Positions 1 to 20,080 of a stretch of DNA of 47,149 nt are shown piece after piece (the stretch's first letter is position 1; every line of letters begins with the position of its first letter). The notes below the pieces were generated by a model that saw nothing but the letters and a program-made list of their open reading frames with translations, was not told where the DNA came from and searched no databases. This stretch comes from Hydrurus foetidus (Eukaryota): assembly GCA_900617105.1 (NCBI GenBank), contig UYFQ01000558.1:1-47149 (forward strand), read 5' to 3'. Made by a program: the position numbers and the translations under genes.

Positions 1-8666
<8,666 letters not shown>

Positions 8667-9173
8667 GATAGTGACGGTCACAAACTTCAAATTGTCTCGA
8701 CACTATGCTCTGTCTTTCGAAACCTTCATAGTCAGACAGGCAACAACTCCGAAATCATTGCAGCTATCAAGCAATTCAGACCCAGTCTGGCACCTGCTTC
8801 CACCAGGACGATGCAAAGCTGAAAGCTGAAAGCTGAAAGAATTTCCGATAAATGACGAAGAGGAAGATGATCAGAGATGGTTCAAAATCTCAAATCAAAT
8901 CTGTCGAGATCGGAGATTTTCAATTTCCGTATTTAGATGATTTCACTGAAATCGACACAGCTCCGTTACGCTTTACTCAGAAATGTCTCGAGAGAGCTCC
9001 AGGCTTCAGGCTTCAGTTGTTCCATCTTCACAGCAGCTCTTCTGAGAAACAGTATCATGTCTCATCACAAAGAACTCCATTTGCAGAGCTGAATGCCTGC
9101 TCTAGTACGGGATCAGTTGCTCAAAATTTTGCAATCGAAATTGATGAAGGGGTAGGCGAAGAGGGTTTCAGCT

Positions 9174-10229
9174 ATGAATCCGGCAGAGCCGACTCTACTA
9201 ACACATCTAAATGAAGCGAGAACAGGATATTTTGCTGAGGGGGGTCTTTCGAATGTCATATTTTGTGGCAAATTTAAGGCAGATACTGATGTGACTTCTA
9301 TAATGCAAACGCATCGGAAAGTTGTTGAGGACGAAGTCAATAATGAATCCAGTAATGTAACTGGAATCCTAATCGTACAGGTGAGTGACATTAGCTGCTA
9401 GGTCCAAGTAGCAAGAGAAAGTTAGAGCACTCGAGGCTTTCCTCGACTCTTGAAATTGTTAAGTGCTTGTTATCATCCCAAATCACCACACTCGCTGATT
9501 CAGGGTAACAGTCTTGTTCATCTTTTGGAAGGGCCTTGCTTTTCAATCCTAAGAATATTGAAAGATTTATCTACAAGTGACGATTTCACGGAATCAAACA
9601 TACAAAGCGGGTCAATCGTTTATTCTGTGGAGGACTGTCCACAAAGATATTTCCCTGAGTGGTATTCAGTAGTGGTCCAAGAGATAAATTTATCAGTCGA
9701 TGAGCTGAATGAGTATAACTGCAAAGACGTAGTGCATGAATTGGCGATGAATATGCTGGAGATTGGAAAAGGTTTGCACCTAGAATCAAGTGAGGATATT
9801 AATCTCAGCAAGTAAGTGTACAATTTCTACATCAAAAGCAGACGATGATGAATTGCCTGACCTGTGCTGCATAATTGAAAAATCTTATCTCATTCGAATG
9901 TACATGAGAGGCGGCATTTGTTTTCGTCATTTCCTTCAGCTGAGCTAATCAAAGTTTTTCAGGCCCCTGAGGAATTTCTGATCTTATCTTAGTTGTCGTT
10001 ATCATCACTTCTTCATCCATGATATCATCTGATTTCAATTTGAATCAATTTTATTTTAAATTCCAGATACTCCGATCAGCTCCCTGGTAAAAAAACGGTT
10101 TTGATCCTATCGGAATCTAGCTTGTTCTTCTCCCTAGAAGAATATGTTTCGCTGTATGCTGGACCGTATGACATTGACTTGGAAAGTGAGCAAACATGGC
10201 CTCCTGAGAAACTCGTCAGTTATCATTAA
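9174..10229 (+). CDS. TEX47/C7orf62-like (BLUF-like fold) axonemal protein, 3 exons
   Basis: Exons 9174-9380, 9504-9811 and 10067-10229 join in frame at GT-AG sites. Motifs VTGILIVQ..SLVHLLEGP, VEDCPQRYF and C-terminal LEEYVSLY...IDLESEQTWP resemble the TEX47 family. Confidence 0.65.
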
Positions 10230-10776
10230 TAGCTATTGATAATTAATGCAAATACTTTTTGCTGACAAATGCTTCTTCATTTCTCCTGCCAATCCTTAAG
10301 CTGTCCTACTGGTAGTGTTCTACTTGTGTCGTCAATTTGTAAAATAATGAAAGAAAATTGACTGTTTCCTTGCTGAGATGTGACGTGTTGCAGTGGCAGC
10401 TGTGCACGAAGACTATTTAATGCATTAGATTAGTCTATTTTGGCCGTTTGACATAAATGCTTCGTTGGTAACTGCCGCTGCATTCTGAAGTATAATTTTG
10501 TTGGCTCACGATTACACCGTGTAGAATTGGATTATCAAGTGGAGAAGACTGTCGAAAGCAGTCGTCATTTGATTATTTCCGATGTATGAGCGGTTCTAAG
10601 TATTGCCGTATCTGATGGCTGTACAGTAATTTCTAATACAAATACCTTAGGTGTTCATATACGACGGTAGCGTGGTCTTAATTCACAAATCAGCAACAAA
10701 TCTTAGTATATACAAATATTCCGACATACACGCCCCGAATTGAATGAGGAGAGAGTTTGTTGTACAGGAATCACGT

Positions 10777-11215
10777 TTAGTTGTCGTCAGCTTTAAAAGT
10801 TTCTGCTGTTAACGCGTCAGCTGCGCTAGTACGTTCCATTTGCTCTTCGTAGTGTGCAGGCCTGTTGGGCTTGATGAATTCTGACCCTAACGCTATCGCT
10901 AAAATGGTAAAACCTTGGGCAACGACTCTTGCTCTCATCCAATTTTGAGATACTTTTGCATTCTTTGAACCGGTGAAGGATCTAAGTCCCATGCTGTAAA
11001 GGAAGCGGAAACAGTTTCGGAATCAGTCTTTCGTGAATAGACAGTGTGCGAAGTTTCGAGTGGATGAGCTCTTACATTAAAATGCCGGCGGTTACAAGTC
11101 CACCAATTGGTACGAAAGGCTCCGCTGTGCATTTTCGAACTGTCTTCTGCCAATAGGTTTCACCTTCTCTCAGTCCTCTTTTGGGTCTTGGTTTGGCGAC
11201 CTCTTCTTCGCTCAT
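10777..11215 (-). CDS. HIG1-domain protein (Rcf1/HIGD2A-like respiratory supercomplex factor), 2 exons
   Basis: Exons 11215-11076 and 10993-10777 with a GT-AG intron. Motifs RKCTAEPFVPIG.LVTAGIL and SQNWMRARVVAQGFT. Confidence 0.9.
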
Positions 11216-12046
11216 TATTACTCGTTGGCTGAAAAGGTTTCTGACGGAGGCCACTTGAGGCGTTAACAAGGTGTACAGTAAGAAATTGAGCAGTTCTGGT
11301 TGTGTCCTTCAGCTAATGTCCAAATCAGCTTACATTTCACATACCGAGGACTCGACTCTCCATACGCCTACGTTGTGGAAAATTTATGGAGTGTCAGAGA
11401 TTTGTTCCAAAAACCAAAAGGTGTATCATCAGCAAATATTCAGTATTCGCATCTGATCACTGGTATGGATCGGAAATCGAAGGACATCTTTTGATCTAAA
11501 TTTATGCGGCTAAAGTTTTCCGAGTTCCGTGCATTCTACAGTGTATGAAAATCTCGTGTACTTGGAACTTAAATTGATGTTCGACACAATTTTTCAAGTG
11601 GAGTATATCTAATTCATAGGAAATGCGGGCTCCATACTAAAAAGGAACCATTTGATTCTGCTCCCGTAATATCTAATGTGGTTTGATGTGATTTCGGCGA
11701 TTAATCATGCCAACGACGAGGAAAGGAATTTATTTGTGGTTTTGACAGAGATCTTACATAATTTACGAGTTACAGAGCACGAAGACTTTTCTCGATCAGT
11801 TTAGATTTACAGCGATGTATAATAATGTAATTGTTTGTTGGGATAAGGAAGTCAAGGTGCTACAAAGCGAAATCCCGCTTTCTATGAAGGTAAGAACTGT
11901 CTCAATTCTACCGCTGAGTTGACCATAATTACTGAATAACAATTTAACATTGAGACAAGTCACATGGCTGGTAATTTGGCAGCCGACTTGCTGAACAAGA
12001 TTCATTTCGTATTTAGGTGTCTCCTGTGTAAAGCTATCATAAATAC

Positions 12047-13757
12047 CTACAGTCTACTATACACTCTCTCTGTAGCTGAGTTCCGCTTTAAAGACAGAAA
12101 AAGAAATCTAATTACAAGTAATATAATGCCAAAGTGGATAAATAAAAGACCAATCACGGGAGCAAAAACCATGAGATACATTAAAGGTAATCGCCAGTGA
12201 GGAACATTCCCCCAGAAAGGTTCACATTCTAAGTCTGATATTCTTCCTCTCTCAAGTACAGTTTTTGGCTTCAGATGGATTTTCTTTTCTATTATTGCTT
12301 GTCCCTCGGAGTTCATGGCGCGAAATGTCACACTTATCACCTTGTTAGGAGGAGCTGTCATCACGTCATCCATGACGATGTCATGTGATGATATAGCATG
12401 CATGCTTTTCGTTACGCATGTCGCATTATTGACGCAGCTCTCCCTGCTGTAACGATCTATAGCACTATTCTCAGTAGTATCATCGATGTTGATATCAATC
12501 AGCCCGAAATTTAAACCGCTGTAGTGATCTCCATACCGTTGTTCCCTATATCGCGATGGAAATGACGCCTGGTAAATGTTGTAGATAAAAGCTTTCGCTT
12601 GGGACCAAACATCATTCGAGTTAGATGAAAGCTTAGATCGCATCAGATTGCTGTGGTCTATCCTGCGCTCGGACTGCATGTAGAAAGTATGAGTGAGGCC
12701 GCTGCTTGTTAGCTCCCAAATTGTAGATTTCCTAGGAATAATTTCCTCTGAGGAGTCTCCTTCTTTCGCTTCAACTCTGATCTCATTCCATTTGCATTTC
12801 GCTTTCGAAACTTCTGCATAATGCACGTCACCAGAGAGTATCAATACATTCGCACATTTCGCTCCAACTATCAAGGAAAGTAATCTCGTCCGTGCGTTCG
12901 GAAACATTCCCCACAGCTCTTCAGTAAGCTTGTCTGTTGGTAGAGCTTGTATGCTAGATCCTAATAAGATGAGATCAACGTCGCTCTGTAATTCTTTTGC
13001 AAGCCATTGCCACTGTTCCTCGCCCAAGAAATCACTATCATCATGAATATTATTCTTCGAACCAAATAGAGAAGGAGCGACATCTTTGTTTGATCTCGTA
13101 TCCAGCATAATGATTTTGTAGGTGAATTTAGGACTTCCGGCAGCAGATTCGCTGGCACCAGATCGTGGTATGCTTATTGTGTGCAGTTTTGAGGAGTACA
13201 CTCCGGCCTGCTTCCTGCGCGAAGAATCAGAAGGTTCCTGAACGAAATCCCAAAATAGATCCTGGCTCTGTTTCGCGAAAGGATAGCTCTTATCGCCGTT
13301 GTTAATCCCGTAGTCGTGATCGTCAAATGTGGCTGCAATGCTGTCCCATCCCCCAACTTTTTCAACCATGTCGAGAAAGGTTCTGTCATTAATCAAAGTC
13401 TTGTACTTGTTCTTGATTTCATCGGGGGTTGCAGCCACAAAATGGGTCAATGGCTTACTCCCTCTTTTGTCGGCGTAAATGCTATCTCCAAGAAGTATAA
13501 TAGTCTCCGGATTGAATGAGCTCATCCGAGACCACATGCTGACCAGCTCAGGCTGTTCGAAGAAACAAAGAATGACAGTGATAGTCTTGCATTAAGAAGC
13601 AATCAATTCTCTGCAAGTCAGGCTGCAAACTCACCTTGTTGCATGATCCGAATGCTATCGTCTGGATGGATTCGGCGGAGCATCCTGGCTCCCTCTTGGA
13701 GTCAAGTGAGATCGATACCAGAAGCGCCAGAACTTGAATGGAGAGTCTCGTTGCCAT
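12047..13757 (-). CDS. PhoD-like alkaline phosphatase with signal peptide and C-terminal transmembrane segment, 2 exons
   Basis: Exons 13757-13635 (IAFGSCNK) and 13552-12047. PhoD motifs LLGDSIYAD, FDDHDYGINNG, MLDTR, LGEEQWQWL and LSGDVH; hydrophobic C-terminal stretch. Confidence 0.9.
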
Positions 13758-15192
13758 CACTCTCTTTGCAGATAAATTGGGGTTGAGCTACAGCTGCATT
13801 TCCTGCAAAGGGACGGTTTTACTAAGCTCTCGGGAAGCGGGATCAATGTTCCTCACGGCTGCTCACAGCAAAGCGTAAGTCCCTTCGGAATATCAGAAGC
13901 CAGAACAGTCAACGAATAACGAATACAGGTAAATACCATATTACCGTCGCCGACCAAATTTTGACCGACAACGGCTCAAAACGGTCCAGGTTCCCTTCAC
14001 TTTCATTTAGACTTCAGGCAACGATCGCACAATCAATTTAACACGCTTTCTGTAATTCCTTAGACCATTTGGTGAAGATGACTGACAATCAGTGGCGGTA
14101 GCTAACCAAAATTCTCGATCATTGATGAAATCGAAAATTTTCTCTATTGTACTCTTGAGATGAAGAGTTATCGGTAAAATTATTGTCATAGACCAGATTC
14201 TATCCATATTCACGTCGCTTGCATCATTTCGTCGGCGAATTTTAGTTGTAGCATCGGCAATGATAACTCAGTAAGAGCGATAACGTTCAATTACTCCATC
14301 GTCTCAAAATGCCACTCAAAGAGACCCTGTTGATTTTACTTGGATGATATCCGCATCGATTGAGTTACGTGCTTTCGCTTTCGATATTGCACATGAATGT
14401 CGTTCCTATAGCAGTCAAAACCAGCTGTGGTGCATAGGGTCCCCTTTAGAAAAGTTGAAAAATGGGACATTCCAAACACCAGGACAATTATTTCGACCCT
14501 TCAAGAAACCTAACAACTAGTACAATAGGGGACCGAAGATAATAGCAATAAGTTTTAAAAGCAGCATTTTGTAACGCAGTGTTAGGCACGAATATATTGC
14601 GCATTTCCCCATATCACAATACTTCACTGCATGATTGCTGTAACTTACTGAAGGATCTTCCTTTTTCACTCATAGTTGTGTATCGTTTCTGCAAAAGTAA
14701 CAGTATTTAATCTAGTTTGTGGATTCAACCTAATAAAACTTATTTCTCTGGGAATCGAAGATCTTCGTTTATTTTGATCACATTCCTACAATACTGCACG
14801 GTATTGCATACGGTACAGTACAGTTAACCGATTTTGGACAGAGTTATACGTACGGTATTCTTCAATACCCCCAAGGGGAAAAAGGGACGTGGTGTGCCTC
14901 CTTGAGATCTTGATGAATTCACATTTCTGTGGAGAGAGCATCCGAGAGCCAGAGCCCAGTGTAATACTTACTATAAGCTCTCTAGTCAGCTCATTAAAGG
15001 GATATTTTACAGGGAAGCCTACACTCGTTTTCAAGGTGAGTAGAATCGTGTATTGAGAGCGCTGTCGTCAAATACCTGGGCGTCGAAAAAATTTGAAATC
15101 GGAATAATCAAAAGCAGCCGACATAGTTGCTTGGAGCGAATCGAAATAAGTTGACATCGTTGCTGACAGTATATTTTGATAACATTTGCAAG

Positions 15193-15926
15193 ATGGGACG
15201 CATGCACTCTGGAGGAAAGGGAATTTCGAAGTCTTCGTTACCCTATAAGAGAACACCACCATCATGGTTGAAGGTGACATCAACCCAGGTTGAGGAGAAC
15301 GTCTGCAAACTCGCCAAGAAGGGACTTACTCCTTCACAGGTACAACACGGAGAAGTTAACACATGCAAAGAAGCAAAATTATCAGAAAACGTCTAAGCAC
15401 CGGTATCAACATTACTCTATAGATTGGTGTCATCCTTCGTGACTCCAACGGAATTGCTCAGGTCAAAAGTGTGACTGGCAACAAGATCCTGCGTATCTTG
15501 AAGAAGGCTGGTAAGATCATGATGGACAATAGTATCAGAGCACAGTAACAGCTGATAAAAGCTTCTCATCGCATATTGATACGAAACTGATAAGAGACAT
15601 ATTCTCGTTCTTTTCGAACAGGCCTTGCACCAGAGATCCCAGAGGATCTGTATCAGCTTATCAAGAAGGCCGTGTCTGTCAGAAAGCACTTGGAGAGAAA
15701 CAAGAAAGATAAAGACTCTAAATTCAGACTTATTTTGATCGAAAGTCGTATCCACAGGTAAATCACATTAATCTTACTTAAATCATTTCGCATGCACGAT
15801 AACTATGACCTAACTTTCATAATTCCTATGTGTGCAATTAGACTTGCGAGATACTACAGAACCTCAAGAAAACTCGATGCCAACTGGAAGTACGAGTCCG
15901 CTACAGCCTCAGCGTTGGTGGCATAA
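15193..15926 (+). CDS. RPS13: 40S ribosomal protein S13 (uS15), 4 exons
   Basis: Exons 15193-15339, 15423-15510, 15622-15757 and 15842-15926 splice to [20 protein letters not shown]...[10 protein letters not shown]...[16 protein letters not shown]...[22 protein letters not shown]...[13 protein letters not shown]. Confidence 0.98.
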
Positions 15927-18507
15927 ACTGTCCCCATACTGTCATCAAATGTCCCGTTCAAAATAAAGTAACCCTAAAAAAAGTCTCTCGACAAGAACCG
16001 ACTTGAGAACGTTACGGGGTGTAGATGCCATGGATCGATGCGGTGTTTATGGTAGCGCTTACAGCAACGAAGTAACAGGTGTCGAATGCGTAGTGCATGT
16101 ATGTGAGAAGTCGAGGGGAACTGCAGTTGCATGACGAATTTTGTGAGAAACCATATGCAGCCTATATGGCATGTGTCTATTTTTGAAAGCGCTTCACCCA
16201 CAAGAAATGTAATTATGATGCAGCGAGGTGCATAAATGAATGACCGAAACTCCCATTGCCGTCTGCGGTGAGTGTCGCTAGCACGTCTACCAGTGAGTGT
16301 CGCTGGCACGTCTATGTCTATCATCGCAGAGCACCCACGGTTCTAACAGCAATAAATGACCCCTTTGAGCTCCTAGATGCGGCTTACGATACTCATAGAC
16401 ACAGCGTGTCCTGAGCTGTTCGACTGCACGTAGGTAAAAACTATCGGAAGAAGCAACACGGCTCTCAGAATGAGTTTCTATCACTTACAGCGTTGACAGA
16501 CGTTTGATTGTATTAGGACTGCACCTAACATTGATAATAGGTGATAGAGTGCACATGCACTAAAAACTTTATTCATACTGTCCAGTATAAGAATGGGATC
16601 ACTCGGAAAGAAAAACGGTGGCGAAAAATAGTATTAGAGTATTGTTTTTTGAGATTGCCTTCACATTCTATTGTCCATCGCTTTCTGGGAAGAGCGGAAC
16701 CGGAAATTTCTCATAGAGAATATTCCTAATGGGGAAGTACGCTCATGTGGACCTTTCGTGACAAAAATTGATAATGATGAAATGATATGAAGAAGTGAGG
16801 AAGGTGCAAAGCCGTCATTTGATGTAAGCAATACTCCGATAGCATGTGAAGAGGTTGGTAATGATAGGATAGATTATGAAAAACATGAGGGGAAGAAAAT
16901 TATATCCCAATTAAATGAAATCTGAAACAAATTCCCAGCAGCACCTGAAATGAATTTTCAAAAAAAGATGTGAAGAATTGTGAGGAACTTTTCAAAATAT
17001 GTGAGACATAGAAAAATTCAACGGAATACTTCACCGAAGTGAATGAGAAGAAAACTTTTCTACTCCACGCAGTCAAGTTAGGGAGATGGTACAGTAAGAC
17101 ATCATGAATGTACCTCATGGAAAAACTTTTTCTCGCAGTTTTTGGAGGTCAGGAGAACCGAAAGGAAATAGAACGGTTTTTTTGAAATTGGTAGAACATA
17201 TTCATGCCGCACAAGCGGCGCAAGATTTTTCGCAGTTCCTATGCAGCACAACTTTCGGAATTCAGCATTCAAATTTGAAGTGCTTCGTGACAGTTGTTAC
17301 CATGAAAAGATATCCAACAAATGCGGTACAGACTTCTTAGTATGGCGTAGCGATCTAGGTCATTCACGATGTAGAATGATCAAAATTAATGTAATATATG
17401 GTCTGCAAATCAGTTGAAAGTCCAGATGAACTCTTCGAAACCTTGAGAGAGAATCGGTAAATTCAAAAGTCAACATTTGACTCTCAGGGCCCTTTTGAGC
17501 TTTCGATAATAATGGCCCTCAGTGACAACCGATCGATCTACTGTGCTAGAATCTAGAAAGCGACAACTATGTACGTAATACCGCACCGTACTGCTGTACT
17601 TCTCCAGATATGAAAGAATTCCAGATTTGTGTCAATTTTCGGTATTTCCCACCGAAATAACTGGGAAAACACCAAAAATTGGCGCTGAAATCCGTGCATC
17701 CCGAGTAGTCAAAACCTCGAATTCCTTAAATAATATGACCATTTGCGGTTTATGCGAGATTAATTCTTTCGTTGCATACCGCAGTTGTTTTTCAGTCGAG
17801 CAGTACCCGGAGTGCGAGAGGGAGTGTCATCTCCGAAATGCGTTCAGCGCTATTCAATCAATTCCTACCACTTTCCGAAAGCATTCAAAATGAATCTTTC
17901 TCATACTCTTCTTAACCAAGCGTGGAACTATAAGGTGGTACCCTACGTATTCACTCTGGAGGGTGTCACTTTTTCTAGAAGCATCTATTCTCTTTCATCG
18001 GATACTGTCATCATTATTCGTTGGAATTAATGTGATGCTCCCGATAATTGTGCTGTGTTAGACAGGTTTGCATCTGTTAAAAAAACTCGGCTTCACGCAG
18101 TAACTTAGTTCAATTATGTCGTTCTCTTTCCATAGTTGGTACCAACTATGTGGATTCCTGTGGCGATTTCCCTTTCATATCGCTGTATCGAGCGTAGAGG
18201 GTTTGAGTCCTCCCTTTGTCGAACGGCGGGGAAAAGATAGTGAGGACATTCAGTGCTGATTAGCGCGAATTAGACGGTAGAAAGAAATTCAGGTGTCGTC
18301 ATCAAAGATGTAACTGTCTATTGTGGAAAGAGTCGAAACTCATGATTGACTAGTCTAATAGGTGTGTTTGAAAACATGTATGGGTCGAGTCGAGTTCAGT
18401 CGAAACGGAGTGTGACATTGCTGCAGACAGCACTGCAGCATTAAGTTCCGTCATGATAGCTATAGCACGGCTATTCTTATCAGCCATTTGTATACAAAGG
18501 GTGGCAT

Positions 18508-19380
18508 TTACTCGTATGGCAGATCTTTGAAAAATGCATCTGCTGTATCTGGGTCAACGTCTAGTGCTATTCCTACTGCGTATCCGAAATATGCGTTGGG
18601 GCGCTTTCTTGATTCAGACACCTTGTCTTTGAAATCCTGTAGTCATGCAACTTTGTGAGACGGAGCCGTATGGTTGAGAGCGTTGAAGTCGATAAGTGTA
18701 GGGCAATTGCATACCTTGACTTTGTCAACAGACGTAATGTATCTGCCAATTGCTTCAAGATGTTCCAGATACTCCCTTTCATCCATTGGAAAAGATTTCT
18801 GCCCGAAATATCGCCACATAACGTTGATGTATATGTTGGCTGATCCGTCTCCGAAAGGCTGTGATAGCAGTGAGAGAATGTGAGAGTTGTGTTACAATGT
18901 GTCTCGAGACACGAAGATGAGGTTACCTTGTTTTTCCTCAGCTGTATATCATAGGCCACTCCCCATTTTCTGATTATGAGATCTAGTAATTCTCTACCAC
19001 CAAGCTTTCCACCTGATTTATCGATTGCTTCCTCCTTCAGTACATTCAGTACAGCCTACGTGTGAAAATGAAAGCTGCCATGAAATATTGAACGGCTGCT
19101 TCTCATTTGTGCTGCTGATAACGCTAAAGAGACAAAGTGACTATTGAAGGAAGTCGCCTGAAATCTTAGTGGAAGTGAGTTTCAGTAGTTGATTAGTTTC
19201 CATGCGCACCTTTCTGTACATGTCCATGCTCTCGCCTTGGTTTGGGGTAATTTTTGCATGCAACGCGGTTTGGATTCTCGAAAGGTGGTCTGCACGTACG
19301 GTGCTCGCGGAAAACTGAAAGCTGCTGATCAGAAGTGGTAGCGTAGCTAGGAGTATTACGTTAATCAGGCTTGAATACAT
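18508..19380 (-). CDS. DUF3067-family protein, probably plastid-targeted, 4 exons
   Basis: Spliced translation: signal peptide MYSSLINVILLATLPLLISS-F..., then GRELLDLIIRKWGVAYDIQLRK / IYINVMWRYFGQKSFPMDEREYLEHLEAIGRYI / RKRPNAYFGYAVGIALD...YE*. This resembles cyanobacterial/plastid DUF3067. Exons 2-4 are absent from the ORF track in this frame. Confidence 0.82.
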
Positions 19381-20080
19381 GTTGCTCAGTATCTCTTCGA
19401 AGTCACGTTATCTAATATCGTTGTCTCTGCGTTTCGATTGTATCTAGGTATGGGACGCTCGACAAGTTGGTGACCTTTTAGAACGCGTTCCAACGCCCTG
19501 CTGAGGGAAGCAAGATTTGAAGATGTATTGTGGGTACTTCTTTTATCGATAATTCCACTGCACTGATTATAAGCCCACGCGACGCACGCGCGTGGTACGA
19601 AGACCGACCTACATCAATCGGAAGACAAGACTCCTTCCTAAACCGGATGGGTCACAATTGGGAGGGTCTTTCTGGCTTTCTGTATTCTCGTCACCTCTTG
19701 ACTCTTGACGCACTACTCTCTGTAGACCGCCGTTGGAATTATTCAATTTCTTACAGGGAAGTTGCTGTTACTGCCGCCATCACGTCGTGTCGTACATTCG
19801 AACACAACCCTCATGGGAATCATGACTGCGTGAGAAAAAATGCCGGGCGATACCAGCGGTTCAGAAATTTCTTGCTTGCAATGGGAACGAGAGAGCGACT
19901 GATATCATACTTAACTCCAGATGAACTTTTGGCAAGCTCATTTGCAGCATTCCCTACCGGATTTCATTCGACCCTGCTATCAGCGAAAAAAGAATCGCCA
20001 TTATTTTTGTTTGTTCCAATTGGTTTGAAGGGATTTATTTAACACGCAAGAGAAAGATCGAGTACTAGTTTCCTGAGTGC

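Noticed and set aside
14007..14567. Possible small minus-strand gene
   Set aside because: Multiple stops, no consistent splice model and no recognisable motif.
16268..16314. 25-bp period two-copy duplication gtgagtgtcgct.gcacgtcta
   Set aside because: Isolated local duplication in intergenic DNA with no further copies seen.
19530..20042. 170-aa ORF upstream of the Myb-like gene
   Set aside because: GTG start and no recognisable motif; more likely 5' UTR/promoter between divergent genes.
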